Counted from the stretch's first letter, positions 26,991 to 36,426 are shown. The stretch: 58,045 nt of DNA from Bdellovibrionales bacterium (GCA_031426555.1 JANPLN010000039.1:1-58045); one strand, 5' to 3'. Program-made: numbers and translations. The notes: a model not told the origin generated them from the sequence alone.

Positions 26991-28421
26991 ATGAAATCAT
27001 ATATTGGTAAGACCGTAGCGGTGGTAGATGACGACGTTGATGTGCAAGAGCTTGTGGAGGCATTCTTTCGCCAAAAAGACTTTAAAGTTTTGGTTTATGG
27101 AGATGCGGAAACTGCCATGGAAGCATTGGAGGCAGACCCTGCAGTTTGGGATGTGGCTTTGGTTGATTTGCACTTGCCAAAGATGAGCGGTTTGGATTTT
27201 ACTTTGGCGGCAAAGAAGATCACGCAAAACCTTCCCATTATTTTAATCACCACAAGCAAATCTGCAGAAATGGCCGTGGATGCCATCGAAAAAGGGGCCT
27301 ACGATTTTATTGTAAAACCCATTCACTTTCCACAGCTGTATATATCGGTGCAACGCGGACTGCATTTTAAAAATCTGCAAGGCGATATTTCGGATTTACG
27401 AACCCATGTCAAAAATCTCAAAAATCCCCACGGAGCGATCATTGGCAAGAGCCCACGATTTCTCGATGCTTTAAATATTTCGAAACGTGTGGCGCCAAGT
27501 ACAACCAACATTTTTATTTCTGGAGAGAGCGGTACCGGGAAAGAAGTTTTTGCAAAGTACATCCACAATGAAAGCGCCCGAAAAAAGGGACCCTTTGTTG
27601 CCATCAATTGCTCGGCGATTCCTGAGAATCTTCTGGAGTCAGAACTTTTCGGTCATGCAAAGGGCGCCTTTACAGGAGCTCAAGATAAAAAAATCGGTCT
27701 TTTTGAAGAAGCTGAAGATGGAACGCTTTTTTTAGACGAAATCGGCGATCTCAGTTTGCCTTTGCAAGCAAAAATCCTGCGAGTTCTGCAAGAGAAAAAA
27801 ATTAAACGAGTGGGCGAAAATCAACAGCGCGCCGTCAACTGCCGAATCATCTCGGCAACCCATAAGGATTTAATCAGCGAAATCAAACACGGTCGGTTTC
27901 GTGAGGATTTGTATTTTCGGTTGAAGGTGATCCCAATCCATCTGCCGCCACTCCGCGAACGCCGTGAAGATATTTTACCTCTGGCAGAATCATTCATGCG
28001 TAAGTTTTCGTTAGAAAATGGTTCGCCTGCTAAAAAGTTCTCAACGGAAGCCATCGAGTTTTTGCTCTCTAATTCCTGGAGAGGAAATGTTCGCGAGCTC
28101 GAAAACGCCGTGGAAAGAGCCGTTGTTATTGCCATGGGCGAAGAGATCTTACAAAAAGACTTTATGTTAGATCAATTTGAATCTGTGGATTTTTCCGAAG
28201 ACTCAATGTTAGACGTATCTAAGATGGAAACAAAAGGGTTCTACGTTCCTTACAGTGCGGACAATATCATAACGCTTGAAGAAGTGATGAATCGGTACAT
28301 CGAGTACACCGTTAAAAAGAACAATGGCGCGCGCGATAAAACGGCCCGCGAAATAGGGATCGACCGCAAAACCCTGTACAAACGATTGTCAAAAGCCAGC
28401 GAATCAACATTGGAAAACTAG
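26991..28421 (+). CDS. NtrC/AtoC-type sigma54-dependent response regulator (REC-AAA+-Fis HTH)
   Basis: VVDDD...LVDLHLP...KP receiver; GESGTGKE; ESELFGHAKGAFTGA; LFLDEIGD; WRGNVRELEN; IGIDRKTLYKRL. Confidence 0.96.
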   Translation: MKSYIGKTVAVVDDDVDVQELVEAFFRQKDFKVLVYGDAETAMEALEADPAVWDVALVDLHLPKMSGLDFTLAAKKITQNLPIILITTSKSAEMAVDAIEKGAYDFIVKPIHFPQLYISVQRGLHFKNLQGDISDLRTHVKNLKNPHGAIIGKSPRFLDALNISKRVAPSTTNIFISGESGTGKEVFAKYIHNESARKKGPFVAINCSAIPENLLESELFGHAKGAFTGAQDKKIGLFEEAEDGTLFLDEIGDLSLPLQAKILRVLQEKKIKRVGENQQRAVNCRIISATHKDLISEIKHGRFREDLYFRLKVIPIHLPPLRERREDILPLAESFMRKFSLENGSPAKKFSTEAIEFLLSNSWRGNVRELENAVERAVVIAMGEEILQKDFMLDQFESVDFSEDSMLDVSKMETKGFYVPYSADNIITLEEVMNRYIEYTVKKNNGARDKTAREIGIDRKTLYKRLSKASESTLEN

Positions 28422-28435
28422 CATGCACAAAAAGA

Positions 28436-28461
28436 AAGAGGTGACGGGGTGGTCACCTCTT
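28436..28461. terminator. Hairpin between convergent genes
   Basis: AAGAGGTGAC-N6-GTCACCTCTT. Confidence 0.7.
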
Positions 28462-28484
28462 AAGATGGGATGGGCGGGTGGGAG

Positions 28485-29147
28485 CTAGTTTCTCAACGCA
28501 AATATTAATGCGTGTGAGGCTTTGCTAGGGAATTTCATCTTGTCTGCAGAAGTGGGCAACCCCGCGGCAACAAGTGAATTCTTAATCTTACTATCTTGTG
28601 TGTTTAACCAATCCGAAACTGTCGACGGCTGTTGCGCCATGCTATGAGTTTCTACAGTCACATTTTTAAGAGTCTTTACAAATTTAGAAATCGTTTCGTT
28701 ACGCTTTTTGGCAAGATCCAATTGTTTTGGAGACAGTTTATCTTTTTGTTCTGAAGGGTACTCTTGGTCACCCCAGGCGAGAACAATCACTTGGTCCAGC
28801 TTATTTTTATCCATCTTACTCAAATTCATCAAATTACGGATAGATGCTTTGGATTCTGCAGTAAGCTTTGACGAATTTTGTGGGAATTTAATCTCGACAA
28901 AACTGTGGGCGTCCACTTTTTCGGCAGTGGTTTCGGAAATCGCCGCGCCCTCTTGCTCACTGGTGTAAGGCTCTCGAGGACCATCCGAAGTGCTAACCCC
29001 GCCAGGCTTTGTCGAAGCACAGGCTACAATAAATGCCGTGCAAACACACAGCGCCATAAACCCAACAAATGATTTTTTAAAGAATACATCTCGAACCTTT
29101 ACAACATCTTTTTGCTTTTGTGGCTGCGAATTTTTTTGTGACTGCAT
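28485..29147 (-). CDS. Hypothetical lipoprotein with a degenerate OmpA-C-like domain
   Basis: IVAC lipobox; VEIKFPQNSSKLTAESKASI...LAKKRNETI. Confidence 0.7.
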   Translation of the reverse strand: MQSQKNSQPQKQKDVVKVRDVFFKKSFVGFMALCVCTAFIVACASTKPGGVSTSDGPREPYTSEQEGAAISETTAEKVDAHSFVEIKFPQNSSKLTAESKASIRNLMNLSKMDKNKLDQVIVLAWGDQEYPSEQKDKLSPKQLDLAKKRNETISKFVKTLKNVTVETHSMAQQPSTVSDWLNTQDSKIKNSLVAAGLPTSADKMKFPSKASHALIFALRN

Positions 29148-29220
29148 GATGGCGCTCCTTGTCTGTAAAGACTTATTTTTTGCTGTTTGATAAATTTATC
29201 AATATTGATCAAACATTAAG

Positions 29221-29235
29221 GCAATTGGAATGCCA
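29221..29235 (-). promoter_or_regulatory. sigma54 -24/-12 promoter
   Basis: Minus strand TGGCAT-TCCAA-TTGC. Confidence 0.8.
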
Positions 29236-29285
29236 AACCATAAAACAAGGAAAGGCCAACTGCGGTTGGAAAAAATGATTTTCAT

Positions 29286-29320
29286 GTTCAATTAAAGTAC
29301 TTTAGGTGGAAATTTGGAAC
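29286..29320. promoter_or_regulatory. Two candidate bEBP upstream activating sequences
   Basis: GTTC-AATTAAA-GTAC (29286) and GTGG-AAATTTG-GAAC (29306). Confidence 0.6.
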
Positions 29321-29401
29321 TCAAGACTGTCTGGGACTATAGTTAGAGTATGTGGAAGTGGATTTGCGGAGTTGGTGTATCATTTGCAAAGCAGAAAGGC
29401 G

Positions 29402-31003
29402 ATGAACACGTTCAAAATCTTAATAGTCGATGATCAAGAGAATGATGTCTCTCGGTTGATGCAAGCACTGGAGCACCCCTCGGTCGCGTTTATATCAGCG
29501 ACCAGCGGGATCGAGGCTTTACGCATTCTAGCAAGTTCACCAGATATCGAACTGGCCTTGGTAGACACACAGATGCCGGGGATGAATGGGTTTGAGCTTG
29601 CCACAAAGATGCGAAATGTGGATCAAACAAGGCACATTCCAATTATGTTTTTAACAGAAAATATGACGTCGCATGAGTACGAGTTTAAAGTTTACGAGGC
29701 GGCGGCCACGGATATCCTCGCTAAACCAGTGAATGTAGAAATATTGAAATCAAAAATCGATGTCTTCAAAAAATTGCGCGAAAAACGACTCGCAGTTGAG
29801 GAAAAAGTCGTGATGCTTGAAAAAGTAACCCAGGACTTAGTAGAGGCGCGTAAAATAGCTGAAGAAGCAGATCAGGCGAAATCGGCATTTCTGGCGAATA
29901 TGAGCCACGAGATTCGAACTCCCATGTCTTCGATCCTGGGTTTCGCAGACCTTATTAAAAATAGTCGACTTGAGCCTGATAAAGTCAGCAGTTATATTGA
30001 TATCATTATCCGAAACGGCAAGCACTTGCTGGACATCGTCAACGACGTCCTCGATCTATCAAAGGTCGAAGCGGGGCAACTCAACGTAGATATTGCAAAT
30101 GTAAATTTAAAAAAGCTCATAGAGGAAGTGGTCCTTTTTTTAAGCAGTGTCGCAGAGTACAACAACGTGACTTTAAAAATGGGAGACTGCTTTAAGGAAG
30201 ACATTGTTATAAAAGCCGATTCGACACGTTTGAAGCAAGTTTTAATTAACTTGATTGGAAATTCCATTAAGTTTTCAAAAGGTGGAACGGTCCTAATTGA
30301 TTGTCAGATCGCACAGACCACCATAGATATCATCATCGAGGATAACGGGATTGGAATTCCCATCGAGAAGCAAAGGCAACTCTTTATTCCTTTTAGTCAA
30401 CTCACCGACTGCAATGAACTCACTATGCGGGGAACGGGTTTGGGCCTCTGTCTTTCAAAAAAATTAATGCAAAATATGAACGGAGATATCTTGCTCGAAC
30501 GCTCGGAGCCAAACCAGGGAACAACTTTTCTGGTGCGCACCTTGCTTGGGGATTCCCATATTGCAGAATTTTCCCCCATCCAAACGCGGACGCCCATCGA
30601 AAAAGAGTGTCTAAAGGATCGAAAAATTTTTGTTGTGGACGATTCGAAAGACAATCAAATGTTGCTGCAGATAATGCTCGAAAAGTATGGAGCCACCATT
30701 GACTTTGCAGAAGACGGACAACAGGCAGTGGAGCAAGTGAATAACAAGCAGTTTGACATTGTTCTGATGGATTATAAAATGCCGGTTATGGATGGATTTG
30801 AGGCCACTCAAAATATAAGAATGAGTGGAAACTCGGTGCCTATCATATTACTCACCGCTAATGCGATGAAGGGCGAAAGAGAAAAGTCGTTGCAAGCCGG
30901 GGCTGATGCCTACATTTCCAAGCCCATCGATTGGAGCGCACTGCTTCAATCAATTCTTTCTCTCGTCGAACCTAATGTAAAAAATGCTGAGACTACTTTA
31001 TGA
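29402..31003 (+). CDS. Cytoplasmic hybrid histidine kinase REC-HisKA-HATPase-REC
   Basis: [48 protein letters not shown]; probable ATG 29402 (ORF track 29306). Confidence 0.94.
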   Translation: MNTFKILIVDDQENDVSRLMQALEHPSVAFISATSGIEALRILASSPDIELALVDTQMPGMNGFELATKMRNVDQTRHIPIMFLTENMTSHEYEFKVYEAAATDILAKPVNVEILKSKIDVFKKLREKRLAVEEKVVMLEKVTQDLVEARKIAEEADQAKSAFLANMSHEIRTPMSSILGFADLIKNSRLEPDKVSSYIDIIIRNGKHLLDIVNDVLDLSKVEAGQLNVDIANVNLKKLIEEVVLFLSSVAEYNNVTLKMGDCFKEDIVIKADSTRLKQVLINLIGNSIKFSKGGTVLIDCQIAQTTIDIIIEDNGIGIPIEKQRQLFIPFSQLTDCNELTMRGTGLGLCLSKKLMQNMNGDILLERSEPNQGTTFLVRTLLGDSHIAEFSPIQTRTPIEKECLKDRKIFVVDDSKDNQMLLQIMLEKYGATIDFAEDGQQAVEQVNNKQFDIVLMDYKMPVMDGFEATQNIRMSGNSVPIILLTANAMKGEREKSLQAGADAYISKPIDWSALLQSILSLVEPNVKNAETTL

Positions 31004-31013
31004 TTGGTCTGAG

Positions 31014-31304
31014 TTAATTTTGGGCAGCGATTTTTTCCTGAGCGGATTGAAGCCAAACTTTATATCGGTTAAGGAGTTCGCCACCTTCCGACGTAAGGGT
31101 GTCCGGCGTGAGGTCTTCCATTTGAGAAGCTATTGGAACGAGTTCATCAAAACCGAAGCTGGGGGCGTTGCCAACCAACTGATGGCCAATACGATTGAAT
31201 TCTTTCACAGAATTTTCGGAAATGCTCTTTTGCAAGGTGTCCACATCAATGGCTCTGCGTTGCAGGTAGGTCTCGATGACTTCTTTAGGTAAATCCATGT
31301 CCAT
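31014..31304 (-). CDS. Stand-alone Hpt phosphotransfer protein
   Basis: RIGHQLVGNAPSFGFDEL Hpt motif. Confidence 0.88.
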   Translation of the reverse strand: MDMDLPKEVIETYLQRRAIDVDTLQKSISENSVKEFNRIGHQLVGNAPSFGFDELVPIASQMEDLTPDTLTSEGGELLNRYKVWLQSAQEKIAAQN

Positions 31305-31400
31305 ACATATTCAATAGCACAGTGATTTTTCGAAATCCAACATTTTTAAAATAGTAAGGGGGATAAATCGATGAATATTTCCCTCGAATAATCTAGCAAC

Positions 31401-31415
31401 GTACTTTTTTGGTAC
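31401..31415. promoter_or_regulatory. Candidate bEBP upstream activating sequence
   Basis: GTAC-TTTTTTG-GTAC. Confidence 0.65.
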
Positions 31416-31454
31416 ATGAGCACACCTCTAATGAAATATAAAGCAGATGAGGGT

Positions 31455-31470
31455 TGGCCTGCGTATTGCG
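31455..31470 (+). promoter_or_regulatory. sigma54 -24/-12 promoter
   Basis: TGGCCT-GCGTA-TTGCG. Confidence 0.75.
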
Positions 31471-31518
31471 ATAGAGATTTGTATTCAAACGTGATCGAAG
31501 ACACATAGGGAGACGAAA

Positions 31519-31959
31519 ATGAGCACGCACAAACAAAAAGTTTTAATCATCGAAGACGATAAGGACATGGCAGCCGTCATTAAGTACCGCATTGAATCCT
31601 ATGGTGGAGCTTACTGCGATATCGTCAGCGACCCGTACGAAGCTCTAAACCTGCTCAGCGATTCTGCTTACGATATGGTGCTCGTGGATCAAAAGCTGCC
31701 GGGGATGTTGGGTTCCAATGTGTTAACACAGGTGGACCGCTTTATTGATATCGACCCCACGCTTTCCGAGCTTCAACGTTTTAGTCAAAAAATTCCTGTG
31801 ATCCTAATGTCTGGCGCTCCAATTAAATTGGGAAGTCGTTACCGCCTTAAGCATTTTAGCATTCGAAAAATTCTCGACAAAAAAACCGAGCTTGCCTCGT
31901 ACCTCAAACAGACTTTTGGCGAGCCCAAACCTTTTCAGCAAATTGAAGCCATAGCGTAA
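31519..31959 (+). CDS. Single-domain response regulator, paralogue of 25014..25463
   Basis: VLIIEDD, DMVLVDQKLPGMLG, IPVILMSG. Confidence 0.85.
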   Translation: MSTHKQKVLIIEDDKDMAAVIKYRIESYGGAYCDIVSDPYEALNLLSDSAYDMVLVDQKLPGMLGSNVLTQVDRFIDIDPTLSELQRFSQKIPVILMSGAPIKLGSRYRLKHFSIRKILDKKTELASYLKQTFGEPKPFQQIEAIA

Positions 31960-31991
31960 TTTTAAACAGCAACAAGCAAAAAGGAGAAGTT

Positions 31992-32156
31992 ATGAACAAA
32001 ACAAATCTAGAAAATTTTAAAAAATTAGACAAAAAATTATCTGTCACTCAAAGAATCATCGATAATCAACAGGGAAAGATCGGCTACCTAGTGGCCTGGA
32101 TGCTCGGAGTTCCCGCTTCTTTGTTGTTTGTGATTTTTCTATTCCGTGGCGGATAA
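31992..32156 (+). CDS. Unannotated 54-aa single-TM small protein
   Basis: AAGGAG RBS; MNKTNLENFKKLDKKLSVTQRIIDNQQGKIGYLVAWMLGVPASLLFVIFLFRGG; below the ORF-track cutoff. Confidence 0.75.
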   Translation: MNKTNLENFKKLDKKLSVTQRIIDNQQGKIGYLVAWMLGVPASLLFVIFLFRGG

Positions 32157-32230
32157 CTTTAGGCCACTTTAATTGAAGCGACTTAATTTGATTAGCAACT
32201 AACTACAACTAACTTTTAGAGGAGAAAAAA

Positions 32231-32521
32231 ATGAATAAAGATATCGTAAAAGGAAAATGGCTCGAAATTAAAGGCGAAGTGCAAAAAGCGTGGGGAAAAC
32301 TCACCAACGACGAACTCGATAAAACTGAAGGCGACATGAAAGCTGTTGCTGGTTTAATTCAGCAAAAATACGGCGAAACCAAAGACGGTTTTCAAGACAA
32401 ACTCGATGGGATCTACGGTCGTTTTGTCGATGCTAAAGATAATGTAGCAGAAACGGTTAAGGACACCCTACGCAAGCCCGAAGACAAGGCGACGCCAACT
32501 GTAACAACTGGACAGTATTAA
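32231..32521 (+). CDS. csbD: CsbD/YjbJ-family general stress protein
   Basis: MNKDIVKGKWLEIKGEVQKAWGKLTNDEL...GLIQQKYG. Confidence 0.93.
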   Translation: MNKDIVKGKWLEIKGEVQKAWGKLTNDELDKTEGDMKAVAGLIQQKYGETKDGFQDKLDGIYGRFVDAKDNVAETVKDTLRKPEDKATPTVTTGQY

Positions 32522-32576
32522 TTTTAACAACACGAAGTGATTTTAAACTCATCAAATAAATAAAGGAAAAAATTAT

Positions 32577-32894
32577 ATGAACAACCAAACGAATTATAAC
32601 GACACGATGAACGGTGCAACCAAAGCAGCGAAAGACATTAAAAAGAACGCTGAGGGTAAAGCCATGGAATACGGAAGCGAGATCAACAAATTTAGTGAAG
32701 AGGCTGGTAAAAGAGTTGGCGACGTTGCTTCGCAAGTAAAGTCTGTGGCCGACGAGTACATGGCTTCGGGTCGTGAGTATATGGAACGTAGCCAAGAATA
32801 CGTTAAATCAAATCCAGAGCGCAGCCTTGCCATGGCATTAGGTGTTGGCGCAGTAATCGGTGGACTTGTCGTTTTTGCTTTTCGCAAGAAGTAA
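32577..32894 (+). CDS. DUF883 (ElaB/YqjD/YgaM-like) tail-anchored stress protein
   Basis: YVKSNPERSLAMALGVGAVIGGL + basic RKK tail. Confidence 0.85.
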   Translation: MNNQTNYNDTMNGATKAAKDIKKNAEGKAMEYGSEINKFSEEAGKRVGDVASQVKSVADEYMASGREYMERSQEYVKSNPERSLAMALGVGAVIGGLVVFAFRKK

Positions 32895-32908
32895 GTTTAG
32901 CGTTGCAA

Positions 32909-32936
32909 ACCCAGCTCTCTATAAAAAGAGCTGGGT
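32909..32936. terminator. Intergenic stem-loop without U-tract
   Basis: ACCCAGCTCT-N8-AGAGCTGGGT. Confidence 0.55.
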
Positions 32937-32956
32937 AAGCAATCAAGGAGGTCATT

Positions 32957-33169
32957 ATGATAAATTTCATTTTTCTTAAATTAAAAGAGTTTTGGCAAAG
33001 GACTTCGTATTACTTAAATTGTCATTTGTGTAACCGACTTTTTAGTAAATCTCTGAAGAATAAAGACTGCCTCCAGGCAGCTCGACGAAGTGATCAAAAC
33101 GGCAACTACGACATCGATGGGGTCTCTTTTGACGGAAACCATACTTTCGTTAATGGAAAGCTTCATTGA
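32957..33169 (+). CDS. Hypothetical 70-aa protein
   Basis: AAGGAGG RBS; operon context. Confidence 0.55.
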   Translation: MINFIFLKLKEFWQRTSYYLNCHLCNRLFSKSLKNKDCLQAARRSDQNGNYDIDGVSFDGNHTFVNGKLH

Positions 33170-33219
33170 ATTAAGTTGATAAAAATCCCAAAAATTTAAA
33201 CAGCTCTGAAGGAGCCACT

Positions 33220-33816
33220 ATGTTCACAAAAAAAATATTTCTTCTCATAAGCTTATTTACATCACTTGCGATGGTAACCGCGGTAGGGTCAGCCGAAGAT
33301 GTTGTTGAATCTTCCGCGGGCTCCATCATTTCGGAACCACGCGCACCCGCAACCGAGGGAGAATTTAAACCGCATCTAGGATTTCTTCTTGGGCTTTCTA
33401 ACCCCGAGGGGGCCTATTCTTCTGGTGCTGAAATCGGGATAACAATGGGGTATCAGTTTTACATTCCTTACTCCTTAGGTTTCGAATTGTCGTCGGTAGG
33501 CAACGAGGCGAGTTCCGACTCCGCTGAACTACGCAGAACAAAAGTTCTTGCACAGCTCGCCTATAACTTTGCGGGCAATATTCCCGTGCTTTCAAAATCC
33601 TACGTGGGTTTCGCCATGGGGCCGATGCTCGAATCCTTCCGCGGTGACGACGATGTTGTTTGGGGTGTTATGCCCATCGTTGGCTTTGATATTCCCCTCG
33701 GCGGTGGTAATACTGAGAATGATTTTACACTTGGCGGCAACGCACGGTATCTTATAAGTTCCAGTGGTCTGCCCAATGTTTTTTCAACCAATGTGGCTGC
33801 GAAGTATTGGTTCTAA
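33220..33816 (+). CDS. Small outer-membrane beta-barrel protein
   Basis: Signal peptide; beta-strand pattern; ends AKYWF. Confidence 0.8.
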   Translation: MFTKKIFLLISLFTSLAMVTAVGSAEDVVESSAGSIISEPRAPATEGEFKPHLGFLLGLSNPEGAYSSGAEIGITMGYQFYIPYSLGFELSSVGNEASSDSAELRRTKVLAQLAYNFAGNIPVLSKSYVGFAMGPMLESFRGDDDVVWGVMPIVGFDIPLGGGNTENDFTLGGNARYLISSSGLPNVFSTNVAAKYWF

Positions 33817-33819
33817 ACA

Positions 33820-34770
33820 ATGAGTATTAAATTTTTTAAGGCGAGATCGCTTTCCTGGGTCAGTTTAATCACTGGCCTTTTTGTATTTGGGTTACTCTGC
33901 AAACCAGCAACATCGCACGCAGCCTCCATTGGCTCAGAAGCAGAACCAGCACAAACGGTGCAAAAAGACGACTTAATGCCGGGGAGTTCTTCTCTTAATA
34001 AAACTTTAAAAAACCGCTATTCTTTTTTCCTGCACAAACGAAACTATCTTTTACCTCTCAGTTATAACTGGCAGCCCCACAACGAGCTCTACAGTGGTAT
34101 CGCTCCGCAAAACAATGGAGCCAATCCCTTTTACGAAAAAACCGAAGCTGAATTTCAGATTAGTTTTTTTGCTCCATTAATCGAGAATGTTGTTTTTGAG
34201 GATTTTGATCTCCTCTTGGCGTACACACACCATGCCTGGTGGCAGCTCTACAACTCATCGTGGTCAAAGCCCTTTCGCGAAACCAATTATGCTCCCGAGT
34301 TGTTTTTTAGAAAATCCATCGAATTGAACGAGGGAAATGTGAAGCGTTTTCTTTTTTTGGATGCGGGTTATATTCACGAATCAAACGGACAGTTTGAAAC
34401 CCTGTCGAGGAGTTGGAATCGTGTCTTTTTTCGCACCCACTTAAGCACCAAAAATTTTTTGGTTGTTTTTTCCACCTGGTATCGCCTACCGGAAGAAGAA
34501 AATCAGGATGAGAACCCTGGTATTCAGGATTATTACGGTTACGGGGATATCGCTCTCTTTTATTCGTTAAGAAGCCACACGGTGGATCTTAAACTTCCGT
34601 TTTCCAAAAGTCCCGGATTAGAAATTGGTTACTCGTATCCGATTAAAGATTTTTATCGTCTGTACGTGAATTACAAATACGGCTACGGCCATTCGTTAAT
34701 TGAGTATAACAAAACCATCGAACGTTTTGGAATCGGAATCACCCTTGAAGGTGGAATGGATCGTCGGTAG
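33820..34770 (+). CDS. pldA: Outer-membrane phospholipase A
   Basis: EFQISF, WWQLYN, PFRETNYAPE, catalytic HESNG, SRSWNR, GYGHSLIEYN. Confidence 0.93.
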   Translation: MSIKFFKARSLSWVSLITGLFVFGLLCKPATSHAASIGSEAEPAQTVQKDDLMPGSSSLNKTLKNRYSFFLHKRNYLLPLSYNWQPHNELYSGIAPQNNGANPFYEKTEAEFQISFFAPLIENVVFEDFDLLLAYTHHAWWQLYNSSWSKPFRETNYAPELFFRKSIELNEGNVKRFLFLDAGYIHESNGQFETLSRSWNRVFFRTHLSTKNFLVVFSTWYRLPEEENQDENPGIQDYYGYGDIALFYSLRSHTVDLKLPFSKSPGLEIGYSYPIKDFYRLYVNYKYGYGHSLIEYNKTIERFGIGITLEGGMDRR

Positions 34771-34854
34771 TGGAAAAAGCGGTACTGCAACACGTTTTTT
34801 CGTGGAAAATATAGCCGTCTAAATATTAAATTCGTTTTTAAGCCCTCTCGCCCC

Positions 34855-34870
34855 CGGCACATGGTTTGCT
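34855..34870 (+). promoter_or_regulatory. sigma54 -24/-12 promoter
   Basis: CGGCAC-ATGGT-TTGCT; weaker UAS TGGA-AAAAGCG-GTAC at 34771-34785. Confidence 0.78.
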
Positions 34871-34937
34871 CTCTTAGTTAGTCAGCGAGTACGGAACGTG
34901 GTTGTTCCCGAAACAGCAAACCAACCAAGGAGTGTTT

Positions 34938-35153
34938 ATGCAACAGAAAAACGACAATCAAAAAGATGTAGAAAAAAAACAAACTGCCGGTGGCCAACAA
35001 GATCAACAACCTAATAAAGGCTTCGAAAAACCAGCACGCCGTGATGAAGATTTAGATGAAGAAGACGATCAAAGCATCGAGCAAGCTCCGTCTCGTGAAA
35101 CAGATGCGCTCAATAAAAATCGAGAACCGAAAGATAAAAAATCTAAAGTGTAG
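34938..35153 (+). CDS. Small, highly hydrophilic, probably disordered protein
   Basis: AAGGAG RBS before ATG 34938 (ORF track 34902); Q/K/D/E-rich. Confidence 0.7.
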   Translation: MQQKNDNQKDVEKKQTAGGQQDQQPNKGFEKPARRDEDLDEEDDQSIEQAPSRETDALNKNREPKDKKSKV

Positions 35154-35236
35154 TAACAGCCTAGAGAGTGGCCCCAAGCGTCTCCCCCCGATAGCGGGGC
35201 TAACCTCTACTGTTTCTTATTTAAAAAGGAGTATAT

Positions 35237-35626
35237 ATGAGACTATTTAGAAATATGACGGTGGCACTTGCTCTCGTTTTTGGATTGTTTGTGTCACACA
35301 ACTCTTTAGCGGCCCCCTTAGTCGCTGTTGAGGACTCCACAGCCCTCAACGCAAAAGACGCTGACGGAACTACAAAGACCCCGCTTGATCAAATGAAGGG
35401 TAGCGACAAGGATATTGAAACCACTCGGCAGATTCGCCAAGCTTTGATGGACGACAGCTCTTTGTCGACGAACGCACGAAATGTAAAAGTAATCACTCTT
35501 AAGAACAAAGTCACCATTCGTGGTGCAGTGAATTCCAGTGATGAGCTTCGCCGTGTTGTGAGTCTTGCTAAAACTACGGCATCAAAAGATTCTCAGGTTG
35601 TCCACGACTTAAACGTCGTTGAATAA
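35237..35626 (+). CDS. BON-domain (OsmY-like) periplasmic protein
   Basis: DIETTRQIRQALMDDSSLSTNARNVKVIT...VTIRGAVNS. Confidence 0.9.
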   Translation: MRLFRNMTVALALVFGLFVSHNSLAAPLVAVEDSTALNAKDADGTTKTPLDQMKGSDKDIETTRQIRQALMDDSSLSTNARNVKVITLKNKVTIRGAVNSSDELRRVVSLAKTTASKDSQVVHDLNVVE

Positions 35627-35705
35627 AATTGATGAATAAAACTGTTGAATAAAACTGCAGAGTCATCGGTCTTTGAATAATCAACTAACAGTATTAGGAG
35701 TTTTT

Positions 35706-36350
35706 ATGGAAAATAATAAAAAAGAATTAACAAACTCAGTTTTCGGCATTTTTCAAACGCAAATCGCGTTGGAATTTTGTATTACCAAATTAAAAGAAAA
35801 AGGATTTTTTGGTGCAGATATTTCTGTTCTGATGCCTTCAAAGTCAGAGACTAAGACTTTTGCCCACGAAAACTCCACAAAATCCCCAGAGTTTGCCTCT
35901 GGTGGTGCAGCCGGCGGTGCCGTGCTGGGTGGTGTGCTCGGATGGCTTGCTGGAATCGGCACTTTGGCCATTCCAGGAGTTGGTCCCTTTATCGCCGCAG
36001 GTCCGATAGTCGCAGCACTTTCGGGTGCTGGAATCGGTGGCGCCATCGGTGGAATTTCGGGTGCACTCGTAGGCCTTGGAGTGCCAGAGTACGAAGCAAA
36101 ACGCTACGAATCCTTAGTCAATGCCGGCGGGATGTTGCTGTCGGTGCATGTAGGCACTTCCACATTGCAGGATTCTGCGATGGACATTCTAAAACAGTGT
36201 GGTGCGTCTGATATCAGCGTTAAAAAAGAATCTAAAGGGTCCGATATTGATAAAGACGATCGCCCTGATCGCACGGACGCTATTGCCGTGACTCGGGCGC
36301 AATCAAATATTCCGCCAGAATTGCACGTTAACACCTCAAGACCTATTTAG
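35706..36350 (+). CDS. General stress membrane protein (YflT/DUF3341-like)
   Basis: GGVLGWLAGIGTLAIPGVGPFIAAGP...GLGVPEYEAKRYE; AGGAG RBS before ATG 35706 (ORF track 35673). Confidence 0.85.
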   Translation: MENNKKELTNSVFGIFQTQIALEFCITKLKEKGFFGADISVLMPSKSETKTFAHENSTKSPEFASGGAAGGAVLGGVLGWLAGIGTLAIPGVGPFIAAGPIVAALSGAGIGGAIGGISGALVGLGVPEYEAKRYESLVNAGGMLLSVHVGTSTLQDSAMDILKQCGASDISVKKESKGSDIDKDDRPDRTDAIAVTRAQSNIPPELHVNTSRPI

Positions 36351-36386
36351 TGAATGCCTTAGTTTTTGAAGGATAACCTGCTTTAT

Positions 36387-36414
36387 GTCGAAGGCTAACG
36401 CCTTCGACTTTTTT
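36387..36414 (+). terminator. Intrinsic terminator
   Basis: GTCGAAGGC-TAAC-GCCTTCGAC-TTTTTT. Confidence 0.85.
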
Positions 36415-36426
36415 CTTTTGTATTAA

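Noticed and set aside
29306..29401. N-terminal extension of the hybrid kinase from GTG 29306
   Set aside because: Overlaps the enhancer/promoter region; the receiver domain starts right after ATG 29402
35154..35215. Imperfect intergenic stem-loop before the BON gene as a riboswitch or sRNA
   Set aside because: Pairing is visible but no recognisable family motif; insufficient support
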